DNA of 42,917 bases from a virus (IMGVR_UViG_2718218102_000002), one strand, 5' to 3'; counted from the stretch's first letter, positions 14,149 through 24,856 are shown. A program made the numbers and translations. The notes: generated from the sequence alone by a model not told the origin.

Positions 14149-14575
14149 ACCGGACTCCTCCTGCGATCCCTTCTGATACTGTCATCAGCATTACGTCATC
14201 CTCCGTCATGTCCGCCACATCCGGGGAAGCGGGGATAACTTCTTTCCCGTCCGGGCCAAAACGAACGCCTCCGGCAAGCCCTGCTGCTTTCTGCATCAGC
14301 ACATCATCTTCAGGCTCTTCGTCAGCCTCACGCCGGTTAAGCAGACTGAAATCCAGCGGATGCATATCCGGATCGCAGAAAAACAGGCTGAGCACGGTAT
14401 ATGTCAGCCCGGAAAAGTGCATATCCAGCAGAACATCATGAAAATAATGGGTACTGTAAAAGCGGCGCCAGTCGGCATACTCCGTGGATGACATCCCGGC
14501 AAGCATGGCACGCCAGTCGGGTCGCCCCATCTCACGCGCCAGTTTCAGGGCAAAACTCAGCTCACCGTCGAACAC
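14141..14575 (-). CDS. T: T segment of the G-T tail assembly chaperone, reached by programmed -1 frameshift from G
   Basis: Open frame in -1 register relative to G, beginning just past the slippery heptamer. The track 'start' is a GTG inside the slip region, not a true initiation codon. Confidence 0.8.
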   Translation of the reverse strand: MFDGELSFALKLAREMGRPDWRAMLAGMSSTEYADWRRFYSTHYFHDVLLDMHFSGLTYTVLSLFFCDPDMHPLDFSLLNRREADEEPEDDVLMQKAAGLAGGVRFGPDGKEVIPASPDVADMTEDDVMLMTVSEGIAGGVRYG

Positions 14576-14979
14576 TTTCCCGCAGAAACAGGCTCTGCAG
14601 GCCCGGCGTCATCTGCCTGTTCAGGAGCATCATTCACCACAAACTCATACATACCGGACAGCCGGTACACCACGTTTTCAGCATGAGAAATTGCCTCCGT
14701 GGGCCAGGTGGTAAGCACTTCCTGCTCAATCTGTTTAACGGCTTCATTCATGGAAGGCAGCTTTGTCTTCTGCGGATGGTTATGCCACAGGGACATCGCC
14801 ACCACAAAAGCGCCGGTTCTGATGGCGTCTTCCACAGTAAACTTCCGGTTGCTGTCTGACTCCGCCTGTTCTGCCTGTCGTTTCATCAGGGCGAGATGCT
14901 CAATACGCTGCAGGGCTGACAGTTCAGAAAGCGTGACGGTCACACCGTTATGTTCAAATGATTCGGTTTTCAGGAACAT
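14557..14979 (-). CDS. G: Tail assembly chaperone G
   Basis: 140 aa as in lambda G, immediately downstream of V. Confidence 0.9.
   Translation of the reverse strand: MFLKTESFEHNGVTVTLSELSALQRIEHLALMKRQAEQAESDSNRKFTVEDAIRTGAFVVAMSLWHNHPQKTKLPSMNEAVKQIEQEVLTTWPTEAISHAENVVYRLSGMYEFVVNDAPEQADDAGPAEPVSAGKCSTVS
14575..14581 (-). other. -1 ribosomal frameshift slippery heptamer G_GGA_AAG (G to G-T)
   Basis: Minus strand reads GCG GGA AAG in the G frame, six codons before the G stop; the -1 frame continues into the T ORF. Confidence 0.8.
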
Positions 14980-14994
14980 CGCTGACTCTCCGGA

Positions 14995-15735
14995 TTAACT
15001 GGCGGTAACGTTGATTTCTGCAACCGCAGCAAGTTCACCATTACCGGATACGACCGGAATGTTGACCTTGCCTGCAGCAACACCTTTCACGGTGATGGTC
15101 ATACCACTGACCGACACGGTGGCTTTTGTTTTATCCGCAGACACCGCACGGAAGCTCTTGTCGGTTGCGCCTTCCGGCTGGAATGCCACGGTCAGCGTGG
15201 TGCTCTGCCCTTTCACCACCGAGGTGCTGGCAGGCGTCACGGTCATGCCGGTTGCCGCTGTGACCGTGCTGCGATCTTCTGCCATTGACGGACGGCCCAC
15301 ATTGGTGACCTTCACCGTGCGGGTGATCACTTCCTTCGCCGTCACCGCTTTACCGATACTGCTGACCCAGCCACGGAACACATCGACCGTGCCGTTCGGG
15401 AAGCGGATTTTATAGGCACGGGTATCACCTTCATTAAACCACGCCAGCAGCGCCTGCTGCCCCTGCTCTCCGGGCATCCACGCCAGCGTGAAGCTGGTAT
15501 CTCCGGCTGATTTCTGCCCCTGCCCGGTCGCAGTCCAGTCCGCATCTTCATCATCGAGATAGCTGTCGTCATAGGACTCAGCGGTCAGTTCGCCGGGCGT
15601 CAGGTCTTTAACTTTTGCCAGACGCGACCAGTCCACGTCTGAAAGCGGGTTCGCATAAGGGTCACCGTTCCCCTTATAAACCCACAGTGTGGTCCCGGCA
15701 CCTTTCACCGGCATTGTAGGATTTGGTACAGGCAT
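14995..15735 (-). CDS. V: Major tail tube protein V with C-terminal Ig-like domain
   Basis: Start set at [14 protein letters not shown], giving 246 aa as in lambda V; the track's upstream extension is rejected. Confidence 0.9.
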   Translation of the reverse strand: MPVPNPTMPVKGAGTTLWVYKGNGDPYANPLSDVDWSRLAKVKDLTPGELTAESYDDSYLDDEDADWTATGQGQKSAGDTSFTLAWMPGEQGQQALLAWFNEGDTRAYKIRFPNGTVDVFRGWVSSIGKAVTAKEVITRTVKVTNVGRPSMAEDRSTVTAATGMTVTPASTSVVKGQSTTLTVAFQPEGATDKSFRAVSADKTKATVSVSGMTITVKGVAAGKVNIPVVSGNGELAAVAEINVTAS

Positions 15736-15742
15736 ATCGTCC

Positions 15743-16138
15743 TCACATTTCATAGGTAATGACATAAGTCAGATCGGCTGAACTCCACAGGCCCGCATCA
15801 TCGTCGCGTCGGTAGTCATAGCCACTGGCCACCATACTGGTGATCAACTCTGACAGTGCCGGGATATCGCTCATCACCGGATAAATCCGGGACTCCATCC
15901 ACGAATCCAGCTCTGAATCCGGCACCTGAGCAGGCAGGAAAACTTCAATATGCAGCTCCGCCTGCCAGGTATCGCTGTCCAGCTCTTCGCCCGTGTATTC
16001 AGCGCCGGTGAGATAAACGGCAACTGCCGGAAAATCCTCCTCATCAAAAACAGCGGGGCGACCATCAAAAAGCGTCGCCCCGGTGTCATGTTTTTCCAGT
16101 GCATCCAGTACGGCTGCACGGAGTTCTGTATGTTTCAT
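15743..16138 (-). CDS. U: Tail terminator protein U
   Basis: 131 aa as in lambda U. Confidence 0.9.
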   Translation of the reverse strand: MKHTELRAAVLDALEKHDTGATLFDGRPAVFDEEDFPAVAVYLTGAEYTGEELDSDTWQAELHIEVFLPAQVPDSELDSWMESRIYPVMSDIPALSELITSMVASGYDYRRDDDAGLWSSADLTYVITYEM

Positions 16139-16713
16139 CGCTTTATTACCATCCTCAGTTGATGCTGCAGCGCATAGCCCAGCTCTTTCGGAAGACGTTC
16201 ACGCCGTATCCGCTCAATATTCTGTTTAAACGCCGTGGTCAGCGGCACTGCCATCGGGATTTTCACCACATCAATGGGGTAACGGTTTTTCCCGGCCACA
16301 CGCTGCATGACATGCCACCGGCCATTTTTCAGTTGCTGAATAAACGCGCCGGGAATACGACGGTTTCCCACCACAAGCACGCTGTCGCCACCTTTCAGGG
16401 ATGAACGCTGCCCCTTTTTACGACGCCTGCGTCGGGACAGGACAACCCGCGCGTTACCCAGCTTGATTACGGGCAAATCCCCCCGGTTAACCTTGATTCT
16501 GGCCTGCGGATTTTTAACTGTGGCCCTTTTCAGCCTGGCCCTTTCCTTTACCAGTTTCCGGCGTACCCTTGTCTCACGGGCAACCTGTGACGCAGACTGC
16601 GATATCGCGGATGAAGCAACGCGGTTAATGGCCATTGCGGCGGCACCGGGCACCGCCGTTCTGCTGATACGGCTGAGGTTTTCAACGGCCTGCTCAAGAC
16701 CCTGTATGGCCAT
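16135..16713 (-). CDS. Z: Tail completion protein Z
   Basis: Start set at MAIQGLEQ, giving 192 aa as in lambda Z. Confidence 0.85.
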   Translation of the reverse strand: MAIQGLEQAVENLSRISRTAVPGAAAMAINRVASSAISQSASQVARETRVRRKLVKERARLKRATVKNPQARIKVNRGDLPVIKLGNARVVLSRRRRRKKGQRSSLKGGDSVLVVGNRRIPGAFIQQLKNGRWHVMQRVAGKNRYPIDVVKIPMAVPLTTAFKQNIERIRRERLPKELGYALQHQLRMVIKR

Positions 16714-16724
16714 ACATCCCCCTT

Positions 16725-17078
16725 TCAGCGACGACGGCTGGCGGCAGGTGGTTGCCCCCGGTTGAGCCAGAGATAACAACTCCCTCCGTCATCCGGAGAA
16801 ACACGGTCCACCCAGAACATCTCGCCGTTAATGGTCAGCGTGTCACCACGCCGTACAGCACAAACCGTATCCGTAAGCACAAATAATGACGGGTTACTTC
16901 CTTCAATACGGATCCCACTACTGGCAAAACCCAGCGACTCCGGATCGTCAAAAACGCCATGAACCTCGCCGCCACGCTGTGCACCGGAGGTGAACTGCGC
17001 ACTGATGCCCATCACTTCAACAATCGTACTGTCCACCCCGGCAAGGGCGGCATCAAAGGCATTCTGAAAATCACGCAT
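16725..17078 (-). CDS. FII: Head-tail joining protein FII
   Basis: Start set at MRDFQNAFDAA, giving 117 aa as in lambda FII. Confidence 0.8.
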   Translation of the reverse strand: MRDFQNAFDAALAGVDSTIVEVMGISAQFTSGAQRGGEVHGVFDDPESLGFASSGIRIEGSNPSLFVLTDTVCAVRRGDTLTINGEMFWVDRVSPDDGGSCYLWLNRGQPPAASRRR

Positions 17079-17445
17079 AAACAGCCATTCCACCATCAAC
17101 GTGTGTTTTTGCATCTGAGGACATAATCAGAATCACCCGACCAACATCCGCAAGCTCAACGGATTCCCCCGTTTCACCATCAACGCCACAGAGATGGAGG
17201 CAGGTCAGAACTCTGATGCGCGTTAACGCGCCGGATGTTTCCTCACGAACATCATGAGCCGCGGTTTCCCGCTCCCGGATATCCATATTCATAACCTGTA
17301 CATCATCGCCGGATGACTGCATTTCCTCTTCCCATTCTGCCACCCGCTGCGCTATCTCTGCGGCACTCCCGGATATATCCGGCTCACGCCCCAGAATCAG
17401 GGCCAGTTCATCAAGCCGTTTCAGATTTTGCTCTTTCGTTGCCAT
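17071..17445 (-). CDS. Head assembly/DNA-packaging accessory protein in the FI position (sequence appears diverged)
   Basis: Acidic 124-aa ORF between E and FII, starting MATKEQNLKRL, with a GGGGG Shine-Dalgarno 6 nt upstream. The call is positional. Confidence 0.5.
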   Translation of the reverse strand: MATKEQNLKRLDELALILGREPDISGSAAEIAQRVAEWEEEMQSSGDDVQVMNMDIRERETAAHDVREETSGALTRIRVLTCLHLCGVDGETGESVELADVGRVILIMSSDAKTHVDGGMAVYA

Positions 17446-17459
17446 ATCAGCCCCCTGTG

Positions 17460-17487
17460 AAAAAAGACACGGGGGCATTTCGCCCCC
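17460..17487 (-). terminator. Putative leaky terminator/attenuator just downstream of the major capsid gene
   Basis: Minus-strand RNA: GGGGGC-GAAAU-GCCCCC then GUGUCUUUUUU, directly followed by the SD and AUG of the FI-position gene. Confidence 0.5.
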
Positions 17488-17496
17488 GCTCACGGA

Positions 17497-18525
17497 TTAT
17501 TTCACCTGTACCACCACAAACTCATCCGGGTCCGGCAACACCATCAGCGGCGCGGACTGCGTCATGGTAAATTCACGGGCGGGATCCCCTACCGTCAGCC
17601 AGTGTTTCGGATAACGGGAAGAGGCCACCACACCTTCGGACAACGCCTGAGCATCCTGAATGGCACCGTAACAACGGATCCCATCTGCAGCAGTATTCCC
17701 CAGAACCAGCATGCCATCTGGAAGATAACGTTTTTCGATACCGTCTTCTGCTATATAAGACGTTTTCGCCACCACAATGGCCAGATCGCCGTAATACCCC
17801 TTGAAGGACACCACTGCGCCCAGATCTTTCACTGCCGTTTCGAGTTGAGAATTTGAACCGCGACGGGTATCCAGTTTTTCGCGGAACAGCTTAAAACCAT
17901 TCAGAAGACGCCAGACGGTACCGTCCATAATGGCAATATTCACAAGACCGCTGGCCTGGTCGCAGTAGAGGTCAATATCATGTGTAGGATCGAACGTGTC
18001 ACGATCCTGTTTTGACCACTCCTTACCACTACCCTGAGTGATGTTATTCTTCGTCGACCTGCCAAAATCGACCTCAATTTTCTCGAACTGGTCTCCTTCC
18101 ATGGTGTATTTGCCATACAACACAGCATTTACCGCCTGCATTTCTTCCACCTGGACAATCGCGTGCTCTTCCTGTTTGAGGTTATCGGTAATGATACGCA
18201 GACGGCGGTAAGCCGGATCATTCAGTTGAGATGGATCTTCACCAGGAAGGCGCTCAACCGCCTGCTGGTAATTAAATTCGTGTTTCGGCTTGACGTAGCC
18301 CGGACGCAACACGCGGGTTTCACCACCACGATGACGCAGCACTTTTCCTTCAACAACCGGGGAGACATAGGCCGCCACCGGCGTTTTTCCGGTAATTTTG
18401 TCCAGCATCACCTCTTCGGTATGGAAATTCACCGTACGGCGGAAAAACAGTTCCAGAAACAGCGCACGAAATTTAACTTTTTGTTCGGTATAACCGAGTA
18501 ACTGGCGGGTCGTAAACAATCCCAT
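17497..18525 (-). CDS. E: Major capsid protein E
   Basis: 342 aa; shares many blocks with lambda E as recalled (e.g. PGYVKPKHE, KLDTRRGSNS, TGDPAREFTM). Confidence 0.9.
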   Translation of the reverse strand: MGLFTTRQLLGYTEQKVKFRALFLELFFRRTVNFHTEEVMLDKITGKTPVAAYVSPVVEGKVLRHRGGETRVLRPGYVKPKHEFNYQQAVERLPGEDPSQLNDPAYRRLRIITDNLKQEEHAIVQVEEMQAVNAVLYGKYTMEGDQFEKIEVDFGRSTKNNITQGSGKEWSKQDRDTFDPTHDIDLYCDQASGLVNIAIMDGTVWRLLNGFKLFREKLDTRRGSNSQLETAVKDLGAVVSFKGYYGDLAIVVAKTSYIAEDGIEKRYLPDGMLVLGNTAADGIRCYGAIQDAQALSEGVVASSRYPKHWLTVGDPAREFTMTQSAPLMVLPDPDEFVVVQVK

Positions 18526-18582
18526 AAATCAGTTCCTTTCATTCAGAAATCAGTCAGGCCACCGCGGTGGCCTGATAACGTG

Positions 18583-18930
18583 TTACGGCAGCGCCGCGTG
18601 ACTCAGGGCACTGCCAGCAAAGGCGTTGGCCTTTTTGTGTTCATCCACACTTTCAGGCCAGTGGATTGCCTCCGTCGCAAAGGTTCCCGACTTGTAATAC
18701 GTCAGCGCCGTCTCTGTGCCTTCAAGCGGCAGTACCAGTATGCCAACCGCACTACCGGCTTTCTGTCCGTCCCAGACCACCAGTTTCCCGGTGGCTTCAT
18801 CCAGCATCAGGGGCGTCAGAGCCGGTGTTGCAGAAGAAATCCCGCTGCTGCCTGTGGCGGTATGAGCCGGATCATTACCGGCAAAAATACGTACTTCCGC
18901 ACGCTGTTCAGTGATGGTTTTCGTCACCAT
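18583..18930 (-). CDS. D: Head decoration protein D
   Basis: 115 aa with the NDPAHTAT, TPLMLD and YKSGTF motifs recalled from lambda gpD. Confidence 0.85.
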   Translation of the reverse strand: MVTKTITEQRAEVRIFAGNDPAHTATGSSGISSATPALTPLMLDEATGKLVVWDGQKAGSAVGILVLPLEGTETALTYYKSGTFATEAIHWPESVDEHKKANAFAGSALSHAALP

Positions 18931-18966
18931 ATTGTAAAAACCTCCTATTGATGGTCAGCACTGGCT

Positions 18967-20472
18967 TCATGGCATGGCCATGAGCATTTTCACGTCCGCA
19001 TCACCGTCTGCTGACGTCTGTGGCACGCCACCCTGTACCGCTGCCGGTGAATGGTTCGCCATGAAATGTTCAAACATGGCGGTTGTGGATGCAGAGACCG
19101 GTTCTGCCTTACCTGATCCCGCAGCCAGCACAGCCCGGGCGCACTCCACAGTTATTCCCGGGCAGGCAGCCAGCTGTTCAGCCTGCACCTCAGCCCCTTT
19201 TGCCTCATCCAGTGCCATGATCTGATCACGGAGTGATGGTCCGGCATCCGCCTGCGGTGAAGCAGCCAGGATCGGGCGGGCTTTTTCCACCGTCATCTCC
19301 GGCATCGCCGCCAGCGTTGCCGCCAGTTGTTCACGACCGTTCGCTTCTTCACACGCCATAATGCGATCGGCTTCACTCTGCGTGGATGCCACCGGCTGCT
19401 GCGGTGCCGCCGCGGCCAGAATCGCCCGGGCCTGTTCAACGCTCATGCCCTGTTGTCCTGCCAGCATCGTGGCAAGCTGTTCACGTCCTTTCGCTTCCTG
19501 GCATGTCAGGATCCCCATCACTCGCTGGTTCTCCTGCGCGGCGGCTTCCGTTGCAGTTAATTGCGGCATAGTGCCTCCTCTGACATTACTGTTCAGCGCC
19601 GTGGCCATCACACTGATGGCATCCGACGCATTGATTAATTCATCCGCCAGCCCGGCCTCAATGCCGGACTGACCTTCAAAAACAGCGGCCTCTGTTCCCG
19701 TGACTGCATCAACAGACAGACCGGTAAACATCGCCACTTTTTCGGCAAACATCCGGCGCGCCGCATCAATCCGCTGCTGCATGTCCTGGCGAACCTCTGC
19801 CGGCAACGCTTCAAACTGATTGCCATCCACCTTGTGCGCCCCTGAGTAAATCAGCGTGATATCCACACCGGCCTGCGCCAGATGACCGGCATAGCTGACA
19901 TGGCTCATCATCACGCCAATGGAACCGATACGGGATGTCTGGGTAACCAGCCGTCGGGAGCAGGCCGACGCCAGCAGCATGGCTGCAGAACAGGCCGTGT
20001 CATTGCACAGTGCCCAGACCGGCTTCTGCTGACGGAGGCGGTAAATCATGTCAGCGCAGTCAAACGCGCCGGCGGCCTGCCCGCCCGGACTGTCAATGTC
20101 CAGCAGTACGCCCCGCACCTGGCTATCCGCCATTGCCTGCTGAAGACAGGAGACAATACCGTCATAGCCTGTCATTCCGGAAAATGGCCGCATACCACCC
20201 AGCCGGTGCACCAGCGTGCCGGTCACCGGCAGTACAGCAATACCGTTCACCACCCTGTAAACACGGGCCGGTCGTTTACCTCCGGCCATGTACTCGTCCG
20301 TTTCAGCCAGCATTCCGAGAGCATCAAACTGTACCTGCTGTTGTGGTACCGAAAGACTTGCTGCCCCCATCTCGCGCCCGAGCGCGCAAAAGAAAACCCG
20401 CGCATAGGCGGGCTCCAGAAGCAGCGGTTCATTGAATGCTGCGGCAATAATGTGTGAAAGATTACGTCTCAC
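18967..20472 (-). CDS. C: Head maturation protease C (S49/ClpP-like) with nested scaffold (Nu3-like) C-terminal region
   Basis: 501 aa. N-terminal two-thirds resembles lambda C; the C-terminal part carries three tandem ~48-aa repeats where lambda has one. Confidence 0.85.
   Translation of the reverse strand: MRRNLSHIIAAAFNEPLLLEPAYARVFFCALGREMGAASLSVPQQQVQFDALGMLAETDEYMAGGKRPARVYRVVNGIAVLPVTGTLVHRLGGMRPFSGMTGYDGIVSCLQQAMADSQVRGVLLDIDSPGGQAAGAFDCADMIYRLRQQKPVWALCNDTACSAAMLLASACSRRLVTQTSRIGSIGVMMSHVSYAGHLAQAGVDITLIYSGAHKVDGNQFEALPAEVRQDMQQRIDAARRMFAEKVAMFTGLSVDAVTGTEAAVFEGQSGIEAGLADELINASDAISVMATALNSNVRGGTMPQLTATEAAAQENQRVMGILTCQEAKGREQLATMLAGQQGMSVEQARAILAAAAPQQPVASTQSEADRIMACEEANGREQLAATLAAMPEMTVEKARPILAASPQADAGPSLRDQIMALDEAKGAEVQAEQLAACPGITVECARAVLAAGSGKAEPVSASTTAMFEHFMANHSPAAVQGGVPQTSADGDADVKMLMAMP
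19114..19524 (-). repeat. Three imperfect tandem ~145-bp repeats inside the C/Nu3 coding region
   Basis: Repeated DNA blocks (e.g. ccagttgttcacgaccgttcgcttc / caagctgttcacgtcctttcgcttc), corresponding to protein repeats at about aa 317-357, 367-406 and 415-453. Confidence 0.7.
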
Positions 20473-22054
20473 GTGGTGTTGTCTCCTCTTCCGGCCTACG
20501 ACTCTCCGCTATCTGCTGCTGATACGCCTGCGCTATCCACACCGGACGTGAGAGTCCGGCTTTTTGCCGCTCAGCAGATTCCCTGACCTGCTGGCGGAAA
20601 ATGTCCTGATAATCCTCGCCCATCAGCGCCAGCTCTTTCTCATACGTGCTCAGTCCGGCCTCAATGCGCATCACTGATTCCTGGACTTCCTTGAGCCCGT
20701 CAATGGCCATTCTTCCGGCACCAATCCACTCTGCCCGTGACCAGGCTGATCGCGCCTGATAAAAATCAAAACGTGCCCGTGGCGGACGAATAATCCCCCG
20801 AAGAAGTGCCTCTTCCAGCCAGCAGGAAAACATCTGCGTGGCCAGCCGGGCCGCAATAAATTTTCGCCGCCCCATAAAATAGCGCCACGACTCATTGGCG
20901 GAGGCGCGGGCACTTGAGTAACTGACCTTCGAGTAATCACGGGACAACTGTTCGTAGGAAACGCCAAGACCGGCGGCGATATACCGCAGCAGCGCCTGTT
21001 CAAGCGCAGAAAATCCATTGTCTGAATCCTGCGCAGTCTGTAGTTTCAGATCATCACCAGGGAAAAGGTGCGGAATTTTGACACCGCCCAGTGTCACGTT
21101 ATTCGTGTCATACCAGCTGGAAAACTTCTCCAGAATATTAATAAGCGGATTATCCTTCTGCTCCTGTGGCGCGCCGGCGATATATTCAAAGGCCTTTTCG
21201 GTATCAAGTTCACTTTCAATCGTCGCTGCATACATCGCCTTCACTATGGCCGACTGAAGCTGTGTTGCCTGCAGGGAATCGAGCATCTTCAGCCGTTCCA
21301 TGACGCTGTAAAACTGATTAGCCCCACGGGTCTGCCCGTCCTCCACCGGCTCGAAAATATGCAGCATGGCCGGACGCCCGGTGGGAAGTTCACGCGGGAT
21401 CCGTTCCCATCGTCCACTACCAGAGAACGGAAAATCATCCTCACAGATATGGTACGCGACGGCACGGCCATATCGATCGACCTCCACACCGGCCCGCAGA
21501 AAACGGTTCCCCATACCGTGTCCAGGCGTGTCCACCCGTTTCGGACTCACGGCTTTAAAACGCGTACGGAATAACTGCGTGGTTTCCGTATCCCAGACCG
21601 GCTGCACAAAGATTTCGCCGTTAAACGCATGAACGCCCACACCTTCACGGATAAATTCCGTGAACGTGCGTTTTCCTTCCACGTCGATCTCGCCAAACAT
21701 CCCTTCGGCGTATTCCGACCAGGCCGCCTCCACCTCATCGACAAAGCTTTTTGCTGCGGTCTCCCGCATCCCCAGCCAGCGCCAGTTCGGACGGTAGCTG
21801 ATCAGAAACATATGCCCGACAATGTGATCCTTATGCAGAGCCACCGCATTAGCCGCTATTCCGTTATTGCGCACCAGATCATCTGCCCGGGCATTCCCCA
21901 GACGCAACGCGGGCAGCAGGGCCGCATCGGCACTCTGCGCCGGTGGCAACCACTCAGCCATTTGCCCGCCAAATCCTGCACCGCCCCCGTTGTAGCTGAG
22001 ACTCTCACGAAGCGGAACGCCGTTCACATCAATCAGGACAGGCGTTCGTTTCAT
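20462..22054 (-). CDS. B: Portal protein B
   Basis: Conserved portal blocks (e.g. VEDGQTRGAN, SAIVKAMYAATIESELDT). Start set at MKRTPV, which forms an ATGA overlap with the W stop. Confidence 0.9.
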   Translation of the reverse strand: MKRTPVLIDVNGVPLRESLSYNGGGAGFGGQMAEWLPPAQSADAALLPALRLGNARADDLVRNNGIAANAVALHKDHIVGHMFLISYRPNWRWLGMRETAAKSFVDEVEAAWSEYAEGMFGEIDVEGKRTFTEFIREGVGVHAFNGEIFVQPVWDTETTQLFRTRFKAVSPKRVDTPGHGMGNRFLRAGVEVDRYGRAVAYHICEDDFPFSGSGRWERIPRELPTGRPAMLHIFEPVEDGQTRGANQFYSVMERLKMLDSLQATQLQSAIVKAMYAATIESELDTEKAFEYIAGAPQEQKDNPLINILEKFSSWYDTNNVTLGGVKIPHLFPGDDLKLQTAQDSDNGFSALEQALLRYIAAGLGVSYEQLSRDYSKVSYSSARASANESWRYFMGRRKFIAARLATQMFSCWLEEALLRGIIRPPRARFDFYQARSAWSRAEWIGAGRMAIDGLKEVQESVMRIEAGLSTYEKELALMGEDYQDIFRQQVRESAERQKAGLSRPVWIAQAYQQQIAESRRPEEETTPRET

Positions 22055-22257
22055 AATTTCACTCCCAGCGGACGACGGCGACACCGGGTTGTCCCCAGTA
22101 CCGACTCCGCATCATTGATCGCCCGGTTAAGCTCATCCAGAGAAGCCGCCGTATATTCAATTCTGCGACCATCTTTCTGGACAGACACCACCCGTTTACC
22201 GGTTAATAAATCAAGGCGCGCCTGACGCAGCGCCTGCAGTTCAGCGACTGTAACCAT
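22051..22257 (-). CDS. W: Head-tail connector protein W
   Basis: 68 aa as in lambda W; contains TGKRVVSVQKDGRRIE. Confidence 0.85.
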   Translation of the reverse strand: MVTVAELQALRQARLDLLTGKRVVSVQKDGRRIEYTAASLDELNRAINDAESVLGTTRCRRRPLGVKL

Positions 22258-24169
22258 TCACTCCTCCGGACAGCTTCGCTGCCAGTTCTTTAAGGGTTGG
22301 CCGGGTCGTCTCTTCTTCCCGGGATTTTGCCAGTACAGCCAGATCAAGCTGCCAGCGTTGCACGGACACACGTAATGCCGCGTAGGCATACACCAGGCAG
22401 TCCAGCGCTTCGTTACGCCGCTTTTTGTTATCCCACAGCAGACGCATCTTTCCTTTTTCCCACTTCTCCACAAGCTCTTCCGCGACCAGTTGCTGCGCCT
22501 CTGTCTGCGAAAAAATCTCCGGATCATCAGGAAAACGGATGGCATACGACGTGGCTTCATCCACAGGCGTGGGATCGGCTTTCATACGGGCATAGAGAAT
22601 TTCTTTTGCGGTGTCCGTCCCCACTTCACACAGATACACGCCCCGCTGATTGCGGGTTTTTGGCATGGTGATCACCGGCTTGCCATAGACAGATGCGCCT
22701 TTTACCGGCAGCACCCGGAAAACACCGTGTTTTTTTGACCTCTGATAAACGATTTCGCCATCGATCCCCCCGATGTCCCAGCAGACACGGGAAATAGTCA
22801 TTTCGGTTCCGTCTGCATGGCGGTATTTTTTGTTGATCGCCGCATCCACACGTAACAGCGTCTCTTCCTCATCGGGACGCCCCATAATGATGATTTTATC
22901 CACCAGAAAGGCTTCCTCTCCCGGAGCCCATCCCCAGACATACATCTCAAAACGGTTTCGCTGCGAGTCAATGCCCGCCGTCAGATAAACCACCCGGGCA
23001 GGCACCGCCGCCGTGTAACGCACAACCTTATCCATCAGCACCTGGTGATCGAGTTTTTCGCCCACAGCCTCTTCCCAGGTCTCGCCCAGCGTGGTGTTCA
23101 CAAAGGTTTTCAGGCCGTTGGGATCTTTCAGTGCATCCAGCCAGTCATAGACAATCTGTACCCAGGTGGTGAACGGACTGTACGCCGTCCAGATATGGAA
23201 AGTGATGGAGCGCGGCGGCGGAATTTCATCACCCCGGGCGCTGAAAAACATCAGGCCGTCACGGGTCCACATGCCCGTGTTTTCACAGATCCACCGCCCG
23301 TTACTCTGGTCAAGCTCAGACTGATGGATCACACAGCCATGATGCTCACAAAGGTAGAAAACACTTTCTGGCTTATTCTTCTCCCACTTAAGACCGAAAG
23401 GCGAGGCATCATCGCCAAATTTCAGATACTGCTCCTCCCCACAGTGCGGACAGGGCACATAAAAACGCATGAAGTGTGCCGACTCGTTAGCGGCTTTTTC
23501 GATCTGGCAGGAGCCTTTGATTTTAGGCGTCGAGCCGCGAATGGATTTTGGCCATACAGAGCCCTCAATACGTTTATCCCCCAGCAGGGTTGGCGAACCC
23601 TCTTTTTCAACATCCGGTTCGAACGAGGAAAGCTCGTCATAACAGACCACATCCACGGATTTTTCACGGTAGTTTTTTGCTGCCGCACCACCCAGACACC
23701 AGAACCCCACACCGGAGGAAAAACGCTTCAGGGTGAGCGTATTATCGCGGTGTTTTCTTCCGAACCATGGAGCCAGCTCCAGCAATGCAGGAACATCCCT
23801 TATCGTTGGCTCAACATGAGATTTCATAAAATCTTCAGCAGCTGAGTCCGTGGGCTGAAAAAGAAGGCTGTTGCGTGATTTATGCTCAATAAAATAAGCC
23901 TCCACTCCCAGCAACATCTTTGTATAACCAACACGGGCAGATTTAATCAGGTTAACCGTGCGAATCAGATCGTTGCCCATACAGTTCATGATGCCAACCT
24001 GAAACGGCAGTGTTTCCCACCGCCCCGGGGTATAAGACGACTCTTTAGGAAGGTAATAATGTTTATTGGCCCACTGAACTGTCGTCAGTGGAACAGGAAT
24101 AATGAGAGATAAAAGCCCTGTAGCTATCGCACCGGCTGCATTAGCTGCCTTCTGCGCGTCTGAAATCAT
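22241..24169 (-). CDS. A: Terminase large subunit A
   Basis: Blocks recalled from lambda gpA ([16 protein letters not shown], Walker-type region). Start set at MISDAQ, overlapping the Nu1 3' end by 29 nt. Confidence 0.9.
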
Positions 24170-24689
24170 CGATCCACCCGCCCACGTTTTCACCGGCCTT
24201 AGCTGCAACATTGGAGGCTTTCGCGATTTCAGTTTTCACCACATCAAGGTGTGATGGTGAAATGTCCGGATATTTACGCTGTAATGTCAACGGCACACGC
24301 ACAAGTATCCCCGAAATCTCCTGTGCCACACGTTGCAGAATGAAGGTAAACAGTTCAGTTTCCAGCACTACTCCGTCTTCACGGGCATTTTTCAGTTCCT
24401 GCGCATCTGCCTGCGCTTTTGTGAGCCGGTAGCGTTCATAGTCAATGGTGCCGGGTTGTAAATCTGACTCCGCTGCCGCACGCAAATCGTCCAGTTCTTT
24501 GCGGAGCTTTTCGTTTTCGATATCAGTTTCCCTCTGCGCATACCACTGAATTGCCATGGCAGTATCAAATACAGATTCAATGCCCTTACTACCTTTGGAG
24601 GCGCAAGGGAGTCCCTGAGACTGCCAGCGTTCAATCGTCCGCGGGTCCACGTTGAAAATTTCGGCAAGCCTCTTTTTATTAACCTTCAT
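24141..24689 (-). CDS. Nu1: Terminase small subunit Nu1
   Basis: 182 aa, starting [12 protein letters not shown] with a winged-helix N-terminus; sits about 170 bp downstream of cosN. Confidence 0.9.
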
Positions 24690-24856
24690 GAAAACAACCC
24701 ATTATCAAATACAAGGCCCGACATGAAAACGCCAGAAAAAGGCATTTTCGGACACTTTCATGTCGGACCTTTACGGATGCAATATTAAAAAAAAACAAAA
24801 AGTTATATTCGAGAAGTACCGACACGATTTTCCCTGAAAAATTTTCATAAATAGTG

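Noticed and set aside
19882-22225. Plus-strand ORFs (19882-20457, 20010-20435, 21068-21574, 21629-22225)
   Set aside because: Antisense to C and B; shadow ORFs.
23045-23845. 266-aa plus-strand ORF
   Set aside because: Antisense to the terminase large subunit gene A.
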